A stretch of DNA of 52,529 nt from Octopus bimaculoides (taxonomy: Eukaryota): contig NC_068985.1 in assembly GCF_001194135.2 (NCBI RefSeq), positions 98,706,508 to 98,759,036 of the forward strand, in the 5' to 3' direction. Shown piece by piece: positions 1-11,232 of this stretch. The notes beneath the pieces are model-generated. The model was not told the DNA's origin. It did no database searches and saw only the letters and a program-made list of their open reading frames with translations. Positions within the stretch are counted from its first letter, which is position 1. The number at the start of each line of letters is the position of its first letter. The position numbers and the translations under genes are program-made.

Positions 1-7
1 TATATAC

Positions 8-40
<33 letters not shown>

Positions 41-89
41 CACACATACATATATACATACACATACATATGTATATATATATATATAT

Positions 90-129
<40 letters not shown>

Positions 130-199
130 ACATATATATATATATATACACACGTATATGTGTATAAAAAAGTCATTGCTTATTTCTCCTTTTGTGTGC

Positions 200-241
<42 letters not shown>

Positions 242-245
242 ATGT

Positions 246-282
<37 letters not shown>

Positions 283-290
283 CGTACGAG
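1..290. repeat. Compound (TA)n/(CA)n/(TG)n microsatellite
   Basis: Alternating purine-pyrimidine dinucleotide runs visible directly. Confidence 0.95.
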
Positions 291-299
291 CATGTGTGT

Positions 300-484
300 C
301 TTTGTTCTTTGTGCTTGTCTCTACTCCCACCGCTTGATAACCGGGGTTGGTGCGCTTACGTCCTCGTAACGTAGAGACGTGGGCAAAATTGAACGAAAAT
401 ACGTGCTGGGTTCGCTTCATTCGATTAAATATTCTTCAAGGCGTTGCTCCAGCATGACTGCACGCAACTGACTGAAGCCAAAGA
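300..484 (+). mobile_element. SINE family C, 3' half only
   Basis: cgcttgataaccggggttgg...caaggcgttgctccagcatgactgc...gactgaagcc matches the 3' half of full copies at 4833 and 6434. Confidence 0.75.
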
Positions 485-540
485 TACGTATATATACATA
501 TGTATATATGTATACGTATGCTTATATATGTATGTGTGTG

Positions 541-748
541 TCTTTGTGATTGTTTTTGTCCCACCCTAACTACTTCACAACTGGTGTTGGTATGTTTACG
601 TCCCCCTAATCCAGCGATTCGGCAACAGGGGCTAATAGAATACGGACTAGGCTTAAAAAATAAGTCCGGGGGTCAATTTGTTCAACTAAAACCCTTTATG
701 GTGGTGCCCCGTCATGGCCGCAGTGAAACGACTGAAACAAGTAGAAGA
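541..748 (+). mobile_element. SINE family C, 3' half only
   Basis: ctggtgttggtatgtttacgtcccc...ggtggtgccccgtcatggccgcagtgaaacgactgaaacaagtagaaga is the family C tail. Confidence 0.8.
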
Positions 749-1659
749 TATATATATATATATATATATANNNNNNNNNNNNNNNNNNNNNNNNNNNNNN
801 NNNNNNNNNNNNNNNNNNNNNNNNNNNNNNNNNNNNNNNNNNNNNNNNNNNNNNNNNNNNNNNNNNNNNNNNNNNNNNNNNNNNNNNNNNNNNNNNNNNN
901 NNNNNNNNNNNNNNNNNNNNNNNNNNNNNNNNNNNNNNNNNNNNNNNNNNNNNNNNNNNNNNNNNNNNNNNNNNNNNNNNNNNNNNNNNNNNNNNNNNNN
1001 NNNNNNNNNNNNNNNNNNNNNNNNNNNNNNNNNNNNNNNNNNNNNNNNNNNNNNNNNNNNNNNNNNNNNNNNNNNNNNNNNNNNNNNNNNNNNNNNNNNN
1101 NNNNNNNNNNNNNNNNNNNNNNNNNNNNNNNNNNNNNNNNNNNNNNNNNNNNNNNNNNNNNNNNNNNNNNNNNNNNNNNNNNNNNNNNNNNNNNNNNNNN
1201 NNNNNNNNNNNNNNNNNNNNNNNNNNNNNNNNNNNNNNNNNNNNNNNNNNNNNNNNNNNNNNNNNNNNNNNNNNNNNNNNNNNNNNNNNNNNNNNNNNNN
1301 NNNNNNNNNNNNNNNNNNNNNNNNNNNNNNNNNNNNNNNNNNNNNNNNNNNNNNNNNNNNNNNNNNNNNNNNNNNNNNNNNNNNNNNNNNNNNNNNNNNN
1401 NNNNNNNNNNNNNNNNNNNNNNNNNNNNNNNNNNNNNNNNNNNNNNTATGGAAATACACAGCGTAATAAAGATAAGGTGCAAGAAGAAAAATGTACACAG
1501 ATAGATAGAAAGAACGAAACGAAAGAAGGAAAGCGTAAGAAAGTCTGGCCGAACAGAAATGCTGTTGCTTGGTTGGAGAAGAAGAGAAGGAGGGGGAGGC
1601 AGAAGTTGAAAAGAGTGGGAAAAATTTACGTCCATTCGCACACAAATACTATATCTACA

Positions 1660-1723
1660 CGGTACGTATACAGACACACACACACACACACACACACACA
1701 CANNNNNNNNNNNNNNNNNNNNN

Positions 1724-1766
<43 letters not shown>

Positions 1767-1830
1767 CAAACATTTATACAAACACGCGTATATATATATA
1801 TAGATATATGTATATATGCATATGTATACA
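1660..1830. repeat. (CA)n/(TA)n microsatellites flanking an assembly gap
   Basis: Direct observation. Confidence 0.9.
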
Positions 1831-2279
1831 ATTTACGTGCTGTATCTGTGTGTGTCCGTATTAAGGGCCCACCTCATTCCAGCATACGGAATTATCAAAA
1901 TATATGTGATTGAATAAAGAAGAGAAGAAGAAAAATAAATAAATAAACTTATTTATATTCATATGCAGCCATACAATTCATGTTCTCACGCCTTCAATCG
2001 CTGTATACACACACTCGCACATATACATACATACCTACCTACCTAGAGTTATATACGCGAACACAGCACACATAAATAAACAACTAAATAAATCTCTCCC
2101 TATACATATATATATACACATACATATATATATATATAGATAGATAGATATATGTAGTATGTGCGCATGGTGCGTGCGCGCGCGTGTGTGTGTAGCATAG
2201 CTGTTTATCTACACATTTGTATGTTTTGACTCCTCCCCCTTTCAATTTCCAACTAATTCTATGCCTTCCCATTCATCAC

Positions 2280-2860
2280 TTTTTTTGTTGTTGTTGTTGT
2301 TGTTGTTGTACATTTCTCTAAATCTCCCTTCCCCCCACCCTCGCCACTCTTATCTTCACATTTCTCTCTTTCTTTCTTTCTTTCTTCCTTCCTTCCTTCC
2401 TCCCTCTCCCACTTTCTCTTTTCTAATCTTTCTATTTTCTTCATCGTAGTTGTTTCCCCCCCTCACTCCTATACACACACACACACATTCATATATATGT
2501 GTGTTAAAGAGAAGAAAACGAGAAGATATAACGTGAAAGGGAGGGGGAAACAGAGACGACGTGTATATAAATATACATATATATATATATATATATTCAC
2601 AAAAATACACACACACACTCATATATATACATATATATTTATATACACATATCTGTATGTTTGTTACACCCTCCCACTCACTTTATCTTCTCTCGTTTTG
2701 TTTTATTCTTTAACTTAGAAGCGTGCTGTGGATTTGATTACACTTCCTTCTCTTTCTTTCTTTCTTTTCCTCATTTATTTATTTGTTTGTTATTTTATTT
2801 ATTTATTTTGTTTTATTTTATTTTATTTGTTTTTATTTGTTTATTTGTTTTTCCCTGCTG
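2280..2860. repeat. Low-complexity tract: (TTG)n, (TTTC/TTCC)n, (TA)n, (TTTA/TTTG)n
   Basis: Direct observation of simple repeats. Confidence 0.85.
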
Positions 2861-3331
2861 ATACTTTTCTTTATACGCCGCTTTACCCTCGCTTCTTCGG
2901 TTGTATATTAAATGTGTATATAACACGCTGTTACTTGGCACTGAACACAGATCGTCGACAATCACGACTGGAGAAATAAAAAAGAATTTTTCACTGGCGG
3001 GGGAGAGAGCGAGAGAGAGAGAGAGCGAGCGAAAGAAAAAAGAGAGAGAGAAAAAGTTAAAGAAGAAGAGAAAGGAAAGAAAAAAAAAACCGAGCTCGTG
3101 CTATACTGAAGCTGATGCAAAGCCCAAAAAAAAAGAAAAAAAGATCAAAAGAAAAAGTTCTGCCAGCAATCCCAACACTTCTAGGATATAGTAAATCTCA
3201 GTAGTAAACTTAGGAAAAAATAAGATTCCGGGCAGAGGGCGAAATAGTAACACCAGGTACCTGGTTTGGGACATTGACCTACATCAAACAGCACGCGCTT
3301 CCGAGGCCACAGCGTCGCAATTACTCTACAA

Positions 3332-3467
3332 ATGCCAACGTACAAGCTTACCTATTTTAATGGCAAGGGACGTGCAGAACTTACTCGCCTACTGTTCACG
3401 GCAGCTGATGTCGAATTTACGGATCATCGTATTGACTATTATACAGATTGGCCAGAAATAAAGCCAC
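3332..3467 (+). CDS. First coding exon of a sigma-class glutathione S-transferase (HPGDS / cephalopod S-crystallin family), partial gene
   Basis: ATG at 3332 translates to MPTYKLTYFNGKGRAELTRLLFTAADVEFTDHRIDYYTDWPEIKP plus 1 nt (136 nt), then donor C|GTGAGT at 3468 (phase 1). Contains the sigma-GST N-terminal signature: catalytic Tyr8-Phe9, GRAE, R19, DHRI and DWPEIK. Too short to appear in the ORF track. Confidence 0.93.
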
Positions 3468-3801
3468 GTGAGTAGAAAAACTGAAATAATTTTTTCTGTT
3501 AATCAATGTATATATACTAATGTAAAAACTATGCTAGGATAAATTCGGATATCTTCTGATGGTCGCATTTGTATGTAGGTAGGTGTACATATATTTATAC
3601 GTATGTATATATTTATCCATCTGAATATATCTGTGTATTTGCAAATGTAACTGCTACTGTATACGCTAACTTTTGCGTTTATAAACTTTTATTCAATCTT
3701 ATAATTATGAAGTAACTTTCTTTCTTGCCGGTGTTCCCCCCCCCCATACACACATTCGTTAATCAACGTTTTTTCTAGGAAATTGTGCTTTTATTATTAT
3801 T

Positions 3802-4010
3802 GGAGGCGAAGCGACAGAATCATTAGCACATTGGACAAAATACTTTGTAGCATTTCTTCCTGCTTTATGCGTTCCGAGTTCGAATTCCGGCGAGGGCAGC
3901 TTTGCTTTTCATTCTATTGGCGACGATAAAGTAAGTACCAGTTGAACACTAAGGACTGTGTAATCGACAAGCTCCCCTAAATTTGTCAGGCCTTGTGTCT
4001 ATAGGATAAT
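3802..4010 (+). mobile_element. SINE family B, diverged
   Basis: tRNA-like head (cagaatcattagcac, B-box gagttcgaattcc), core gcttttcattc...gataaagtaagtaccagttgaacact, tail ggccttgtg. Confidence 0.75.
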
Positions 4011-4026
4011 TAATAATTACTATTCA

Positions 4027-4230
4027 TTGCGAGCAACCAGAACCGCTAGAGCGACGAACAAAATACGTTTCTTTCGGTTCTTTACGTACTGGGTTCAAAT
4101 TCCGCCGAGGTCAGCCTTGCTTGACATCTTTTCAGAATTGACACAATAACTACCAGTTGAACACTGAGGTCGTTATAACTGACTTACCTACCCACTTCCA
4201 TGACCCTGTGCTAGAATTAAAATCATTATT
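4027..4230 (+). mobile_element. SINE family B, diverged, in tandem with the previous copy
   Basis: gggttcaaattccgccgaggtc...taccagttgaacactgaggtcg. Confidence 0.7.
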
Positions 4231-4708
4231 ACTATTCTCCTTACATTGGGAAAAAACCTACATTTTCCTTTATTTGAATTCACTTGAAAATAATAGTATG
4301 AACCTTCTTTTCATTTATTTTTAGTTTATTCTCCTATCAAGCAAAATAAGCTTAGTATTCATACATATTCATTTCTAGTATGTTTTCAAATTAAAAATCT
4401 CAATGTTTCAGTCCATTTTATAGCTGTGGTCTCCAATTATATATATTTTTCCCAAAGTTATTCTCGGCATGCTGAAAGTTTTCGCGTGTTTATTTTGCTG
4501 TATTTATTTTTAATCAACAGTAGTATCTTGGCCTCTTTCATCCTCCACTCCCTCTGCGTGTTTTTGAGCTTTCCAGTGACTATTCCCCACCCTCGTTACT
4601 TTAACCAGTCGGAATAAGTAGCAGACTCAATCCTGTCAGCCGGAACACGTGTTTTTGGCTTTGAATATATAACAGCAGCTGTAACGCCGGAGAGAGAGAG
4701 TTATTACG

Positions 4709-4749
<41 letters not shown>

Positions 4750-4832
4750 TAGCCAAACTCGTCACTTATAACCTTCGGCTTTTTTTTTTTCCTTTTTTGC
4801 TTTTTTAATTGTTGTTATTATAAGTTTACGAT

Positions 4833-5205
4833 AGGTGCAGACGTGGCTTTGTGGGTTAAGAAGCTTGTTCCCAGCCATATGGTCTTCGGTTCGGTCCCAC
4901 CTTGGGCGAGTGTCTTTTACGACAGCGCTGGACCGACCAAAGCCTTGTGAGTGAATTTCGGAGACGGGGGAAAATAAAAGAAGCCGGTTGTGTGTGTGTG
5001 TGTGTGTGTGCATGTCCAACAACCGCTTGATAACCGGTGTTGGTTTGTTTACATTCATGTAACGTAGTAGTTCGGCAAAAAAAAAACAGCTCGATAGAAT
5101 AAGTACCAGATTTTTTTTTTTTAAATGACTGGGGTCGGGTAAGTTCGATTAAAACCTATCGATGCGCTGCCCCAGCGTAGCCGTAGTCCAACGACTGAGC
5201 CAAAA
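4833..5205 (+). mobile_element. SINE family C, near full length, with internal (GT)n
   Basis: A-box-like tggctttgtgg, B-box-like ggttcggtccc, body cttgggcgagtgtctt...gaccgaccaaagccttgtgagtg, internal (GT)n, 3' gatagaataagtaccag...gactgag. Confidence 0.8.
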
Positions 5206-5611
5206 GGTGAAACGATAACTTTTGTTATAACAATAGTAATTATCAACAAAATTTCTCAAGATAACGGTTTTATTGGTGAGCAATTTTAGATTATTTCATA
5301 AGTAATAATTTACATGTCTGTCATTTAGCATTTTAAATCATTTTATAACTAATTTGCATATCTTTTAATCCTCTTCGGATTTACACCTGACCTGATAACG
5401 AAGACGTATGAATTATTAAACGAGACAAGAAAATTATTACAACTAAACACACCTTCGCATTTCCCTCCTTGTCAACGCGGCAAATACGAAAATTGTTTTT
5501 CTGACAGAATGAAAACCTCTTCTCCATTTAAACTTGCCTCTTCACCATTTAAACTTGCTTTCTCGACCTGTAACTTCCCGTTTTCTGTTTTTCTTCGTTT
5601 TATTTCTCACC

Positions 5612-5987
5612 TCTTAACTTGTCTGAGTCATTGGATTGCGGTCATGCTGGGGCACCGTCATAAAGGCTTTAGTTGAACAAATTGACTTCAATAGTAAATT
5701 TCTATGTCTGATATTTATTCTATTAGTTTCTTGCTAAACTGCTAATTTACGGGGATGTAAACAAACCAACACCAGTGGATGTTAAACATTACACACATAC
5801 AGAGAGTGACATATTTATCCGAGGGACTTCCACACAAATTGCGTCTACCAAATCTGCGCAACCCCCCCCCCTTTGGTTGGTCTGAAGCTAAAATAGAAAA
5901 TTGCCCAAGGTGCCACGCAATGGAATTGAACCGAAGACTACAGCATTGGAAAGCCAGCTTCTCTACCATGCACACACGGCTGCACTT
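5612..5987 (-). mobile_element. SINE family C, diverged
   Basis: Reverse complement of the family tail (agtcattggattgcggtcatgctggggcaccg) and head (gcccaaggtgccacgcaatggaattgaacc). Confidence 0.75.
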
Positions 5988-6433
5988 ATACCTGTGGAGC
6001 CTCCAATTTAAACAGTTTTCTCTTCATTCACAGAAGTATTTCTTTTGTTAGATAGACTGTCACATAACTAAGTTCTGCTGGGGCTAATACAGATCCGCAA
6101 AAGTTTATTCGGATTCCTAGGTTTTACATGTCGGAGATTAAAAACATACGAAAAAATTTTACTTCTCGCCTACTCTCCACACCCACAATGTTAAATGTAT
6201 TGTTGTATATTAAAGTATGGAAATTTTATTAAAGCAGGTATGTGACGCGGAAAAATACAAGGATTTTAACAATATCGAAACAATTTCTATAATTTAGCCA
6301 AATGAACATAGAAAGTACACTTCACATACCTGGTTTAATGAAATTTCCACACTTCAATATACAACGATACATTTATAATGGGTGGGGGGTAAAATTTTAA
6401 TTTAATTTATTTAAGCATATTTTTTTAAAGCAC

Positions 6434-6771
6434 ATAGGTGCAGGAGTGGCTGTCTGGTAAACAGCTTGCTTACCAACTACATAGTTCTGGGTTCAATCCC
6501 ACAGCGTGGCACCTTGGGCAAGTATATTCTGCTATAACCTCAGGCCGACCAGAGCCTTGTGAGTGGATTTGGTAGATGAAAACTGAAAGAAGCTTGTCGT
6601 ATATATATATATATCTATATATATATATATATATTCGTGTGTGTGTGTGTGTGTGTGTGTCCATCATCACTTGACAACCGATGTTGGTGTTATTTATGTC
6701 ACCGTAACTTTGCGGTTCGGTAAAAGAACCGATAAAATAAGTTCTAGGGTCGATTTGTTCGAATAAAAAGG
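6434..6771 (+). mobile_element. SINE family C, 3'-truncated, with internal (TA)n(GT)n
   Basis: A-box tggctgtctgg 6447-6457, B-box ggttcaatccc 6490-6500, typical body; the last ~45 nt of the tail are missing where it joins the Tx1-like fragment. Confidence 0.85.
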
Positions 6772-8360
6772 TCAGGCGGTAGGTAATGACCGATGCGATA
6801 AACATATTGGCCACTTCTACCCTACCTTTCAGGGATAGCCACCGCCAAGACCAAGTCTTGACTATTGCAACCACCCTGCTCGAAACCTCCGTCCAGTTCT
6901 TCTCTATCTGGAGGCCTGATCCAAATCAGACTCCCAACAATTTAACCGGTCCCTCCGTCCAGCGCCCAACAACGCTGTCTGAAGGCATCGACTTGCCAAC
7001 CCAGGTGCCGAGGTGCAAGCCGACCGACTTTTCCCGGTTGATCGTTGCTCCTGCCACTGTCTCGTAAACCTCACTTCACGTGCTACTGTGGTAACGCTGA
7101 TAGTGATATCGTCCACGTAAGCCGAAACAAACTCCTCTAAACCTGATTCTCTCGGGATGCCACTCAACCTTCGCAGTAGGGGCTCAAGAGCCACCACATA
7201 CAAAGGTGGTGAGAACGGACATCCTTGACGAACCGAGCGCCTGATGCAGAATGGCTTCGAAAGGAAACCGTTCACCCGAACTATCGAGTCAATGTTGTGA
7301 TACAAAGCGATGAACCCTTTGAGGAAACCAAGGCCCAGGCCAAACGCGCAAGCACAGTCGCCAGGTATCGATGGTCGATCCTATCAAAAGCTTTAGACTG
7401 GTCTAAATGCACCAATGCCCCACCTTTGCCAGAGTTATCACCAACCCTCTCTATGGGATAGCGAATAGGGTGGAGATTATCCTGAATGGTTCTGCCTGGG
7501 ATGGCACATGTCTGTGCCTCTCCGACTATACCATTCGTGACACGTGCTAACTTTTTTGCTAAGACCTTGACCAAAATCTTCATTTCTGCGTTTAACAGAG
7601 TGATGGGCCTGAAGTTATCTAAAACGTCCCCCTTATCCGGGTCCTTCCTGACCAACGTCCCTACTCCCCGGCACACAGATCTGGGGATAAACCCATTCTG
7701 TTACTAGTTCGCGTACACGCTAACCAGTAGATGCCCGAACATGTCTGGCATACATTTATATAGCTCGTAAGGAAGACCATCAAGTCCCGGCGACTTACCC
7801 GCTTTACAGTCGGCCAAAGCCTCCATCATCTCCCCAAGCGTGATTGGCCCTTCGCAAGACTCCGCATCCGAACCCGAGAGACACGGCAGCTCGGCAAGAA
7901 AGTCCTCGAGGACACCCCACCATCAGGACCGCCATCACCCCCGAACAACTGGGTGAAGTACTGCCGAAATGCCTCACATTTTCTCAGGTTCGTTTATCAA
8001 GACATCATTTTGATTCGTCATAGACCGAATAATGGAACTATTTCCTTGTCGAGCTTCCACCACTCGGACCAATCCAGCGGCCTTGATTCTTTCACTTCCC
8101 ATCGCACGTAACTTAGCTCTGGCAATGATTCCCATGTGTTGGGCTTCAAGATGCTGGTTAAACTGCAATTTCTTCACCTTCACTTGGTCCGCATTACCAG
8201 TCCCCCAGGTTTCTAGTTCCTTAACTAGACCATCTCTTATTCTACGTCCTTTCTTAGCTAAACTTATGCTAAACCTAATAGACTCATATTTGATGCACCA
8301 TTTATTATTAATGATGGTACCTTTCAATGCCCTCTGTATTAACATATTTTTGCCTCTCAA
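6770..8360 (-). mobile_element. Tx1/L1-clade non-LTR retrotransposon ORF2 fragment (reverse transcriptase), frameshifted and truncated at both ends
   Basis: Minus-strand peptides SPGLDGLPYELY, NFRPITLLNAEMKILVKVLAKKL, QTCAIPGRTIQDNL, LDQSKAFDRIDHRYL, RRSVRQGCPFSPPLYVVALEPLL, AYVDDITI, WSWRWLSLKGRVEVAN match Tx1-type RT motifs. Confidence 0.9.
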
Positions 8361-8489
8361 TCTTTTTTGCTCCCCCCCCCCCGTCGGTTGACGACTCTTC
8401 GCCAGACGAAGTTACACTTTTCGGCATCTTGCCAGCAATTAATGTTTACCCCACAGGGGAAAACACACGATAGTTTTCGAATGAACACT

Positions 8490-8710
8490 ATCACGACCAC
8501 TTTCTCTCATTCTTTCTTCCTGTTTCTGTTGTACCTGTATTTCAAAGGGCCAGCCTTGTCACACTCTGTGTTACTCTGAATCTCCCCGAGAACTACGTTA
8601 AGGGTACACGTGTCTGTGGAATGCTCAGCCAGTTGCGCTTTAATTTCACGAGCAGGCTGTTCCATTGATCGGATCAACTGGAACCCTCGTCGTCGTAACC
8701 GACGGAGCTC
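8490..8710 (+). mobile_element. SINE family A, 3' half
   Basis: Near-identical to 35160-35373 (gggccagccttgtcacactctgtg...gatcggatcaactggaaccctcgtcgtcg...ccgacggag). Confidence 0.85.
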
Positions 8711-8793
8711 CACGAATGTATCGTAGATTATTGTAGTGAAGGTATTTTGCAAGATCTAATAAAGTCGTATCCTAAACAGCTGATGTTATTTAA

Positions 8794-8998
8794 CCCTTAG
8801 CCTGTCCTTTGTATCACATGATTTGATATCACATATTTCTCAGGCGTCCATGCATTCTATATGGTATACATACCTAATATTTTTCAACCATCAGCTTTAT
8901 CTTACTCAGAGTGTACGAAACAAGGGCTAACGTATAGTCTGAATACGAGCAAGGACGTTTACGATAAATTTATGAAACTGCTTTGGACTGGCAAAGGG
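8794..8998. mobile_element. piggyBac-like non-autonomous element (MITE) with TTAA target site duplication
   Basis: TTAA at 8790-8793 and 8999-9002; TIRs cccttagcctgtcc (8794-8807) and ggactggcaaaggg (8985-8998) match 12/14; CCCT..AGGG termini. Confidence 0.75.
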
Positions 8999-9214
8999 TT
9001 AATACGTGATCTGCTGTAAAAGGGAACGAGAGATGAATTGGAGCAGTCGGATAATGGTGATGAAGAACTTCAGTTATCGCCTGGAAATATGAAATCTGGT
9101 GTTAAGAAAAATTAGAATTCGTTTTTATGGCGATCAACGAGAAATTTGCGAAACAAATAGTAGGTTTTAGATAATAGCGACAAGGTTTATGAAACGATTA
9201 ACAACTTGAATACA

Positions 9215-9418
9215 AAGTATCGTGACCTGAGACTGAACTAGCTCTTCGAACCTGTGGCATTTGGGACTTTCGCGAAGATCTTGTCAACGTTGGCAGCTCA
9301 CCTCACCGAGGTGTCAGGTGATACCCGTAAGGGTGCTTGGCTTTCCCAACGCCTTAACCTCGCCATCACCCGTGGTAATGTTGCTAGCATACTGGCTTGC
9401 TTCAGCAGATTCCGTTAA
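9215..9418 (+). mobile_element. 3' end of a CRE-like (restriction-like endonuclease) non-LTR retrotransposon ORF, decayed
   Basis: Translates KYRDLRLN*LFEPVAFGTFAKILSTLAAHLTEVSGDTRKGAWLSQRLNLAITRGNVASILACFSRFR*. The KY..L / F.P.A / GD.R...L.QRL.LA..RGN.ASIL pattern is the C-terminal RLE region of CRE-type elements. One in-frame stop and an apparent deletion. Confidence 0.7.
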
Positions 9419-9934
9419 ATCTTGTGATGTGCGACCAGTTGCTCTGATAAAAACAAATCCCCACAGATGGTTTCAATACAGTTTTAACAAATATTTGGAA
9501 GAATTAGATGAAAGTTCTCTGGTAATTATATTTCATTTAAATAAATGATTATGTTAATTTAAAAAATTGCCAGCAAAATCATATAAAATGACAATGTTCT
9601 AAAAGATGTACATATTTATAAACAAAACATCGGAAAGCAGAAAAAAAATAGAATCTAGACAGAATTGAACTTATAATACAACCTTAAAGCTGAGATCAGA
9701 TCCACAAGGCGGATCCTGTTATATTTAAGCAGATTTGGTAGTGATTTTCAGGAAAGATTACAAATGGTAGTAACTACCAAAGAGACGAACTGTATCTCAT
9801 TTATTTTAAGAATGTTACGTAAAAGTATAAGATTTATTCCTTTGGATATCCTCTCAGCTGTCGTGACATTTTGAAAGACAAATCCTGTCTGATCCTTGGT
9901 GAGAGCTGATTATATAATATATATGTGTGTGGAC

Positions 9935-9978
<44 letters not shown>

Positions 9979-10356
9979 GGTATATTAACGATTTGAAGCT
10001 GTCATCTGACCTCCAGTTGTTGCTTGTGTTTGTGCGTCATTTCAGAAGTAAAACAAGCCTAATTTGTTTATTTTACTTGCAGAGGTCTTATATCATATTT
10101 AATATTTCTCTGTTCAATATTAACCGTTGATAACGATTTGATGACCGATATTAAGCACAGTGATATTCCAGATAGCTCAACATCTTACCAATTCTTTCTT
10201 TATCCCGTATCTGGCACAGTCTGTTGCTGGAGTGTCATTCTTGACCAGTGATCCTCAGCCAGGGTCCATATAAAATTCTTTGTTAAAAATTATTTGCATT
10301 AAATTGGTTATAATTCTACAATACACAAAATATTTTTGACAATTGTTTATATAAAT

Positions 10357-10405
10357 CAAGGCGGTGCCCCAGCCTGGCAACAGTCTAATGACTGAAACAA
10401 ATAAA
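10357..10405 (+). mobile_element. Solitary family C / CR1-type 3' tail
   Basis: caaggcggtgccccagcctggcaacagtctaatgactgaaacaaataaaag. Confidence 0.65.
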
Positions 10406-10565
10406 AGCTATAAGATATGAAAATCCTAATATTTAATCATAAGAATATGATAGGATCTTTGTTAAAACCTCAAATTTCCAGTGGAAAAAAACCCAGAAGC
10501 CAAGGGGCTTAGAGACAAAACAAAATGGTTGAAAACCAGTGTTCTAGACGCTCTGATAGTCAATT

Positions 10566-10840
10566 GTTGCACCGATTCCTGTTCTTAGCCTCATGTAGAA
10601 GAGCTGCAATATTGAGCCCTGTCCAGTCTTTGAGTTGCGCTCGCCTGTAATAGTATTCTGTAGGAGTTGTGTTGGGGTACATGTACTTATCAGGCCGTGC
10701 TTACCTGTAGTTAGGAATGGTTCTTGCCTGCCAGCATATTACACGACTTCTCCTGATAAAGTTGTTTACCTTCTGCTCGAACGGTCAGGTTCTATGTTCT
10801 GTATCAACAGTTGGCGTCCAACTTTCACACCGAAACAAAG
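10566..10840 (-). mobile_element. RTE (BovB-like) LINE 3' ORF fragment, decayed
   Basis: Minus-strand LFRCESWTPTVDTEHRT*PFEQK and KDWTGLNIAALLHEAKNRNR resemble RTE motifs LYGCESWT...AFE and KEWTG...R..W. Confidence 0.6.
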
Positions 10841-11019
10841 CGATCGAAGTTATCAGGGGCTTGAACAATTTGAGCTTTTTAAGAAAACATTCTGACAATT
10901 AAGTTGTTTACGAAAATTGATGATTATTTAAACACTCAATTCAAAAGAACTTAGAAATTCCGAAAGACATGGAATAATTCGATTTTAACTGTTTCATTCT
11001 AAGTAAAGCTAGAAGTATT

Positions 11020-11232
11020 GGTTTCAAATTATGGAGCAAGGTCAGTAATTTCGGGGGAGGGGGTAAGTGGGGCACATCGATCCCAGTGCTCAACCGGTAC
11101 TCATTTAATCAACTCCGAACTGATGAGAGGCGAAGTCGACCTCGGCGGAATTTGAACTCGGCGAGTAAAAACTGACAAAATGCTGCAATGCATTTTGCCC
11201 GACGTGCTAACAATTCTGTCATCTCGCCGTCC
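11020..11232 (-). mobile_element. SINE family B
   Basis: Reverse complement includes gagttcaaattccgccgaggtcgacttcgcc and gagtaccggttgagcactgggatcgatg. Confidence 0.8.

Noticed and set aside
70-2979. Long ORFs in the track rich in YI/HT/CV repeats or X
   Set aside because: Translations of (TA)n/(CA)n/(TG)n microsatellites and N gaps; not coding
3113-3121. TGATGCAAA, resembling a C/EBP-ATF (ATF4) response element ~210 bp upstream of the GST ATG
   Set aside because: Short degenerate motif readily found by chance in AT-rich DNA; no conservation data
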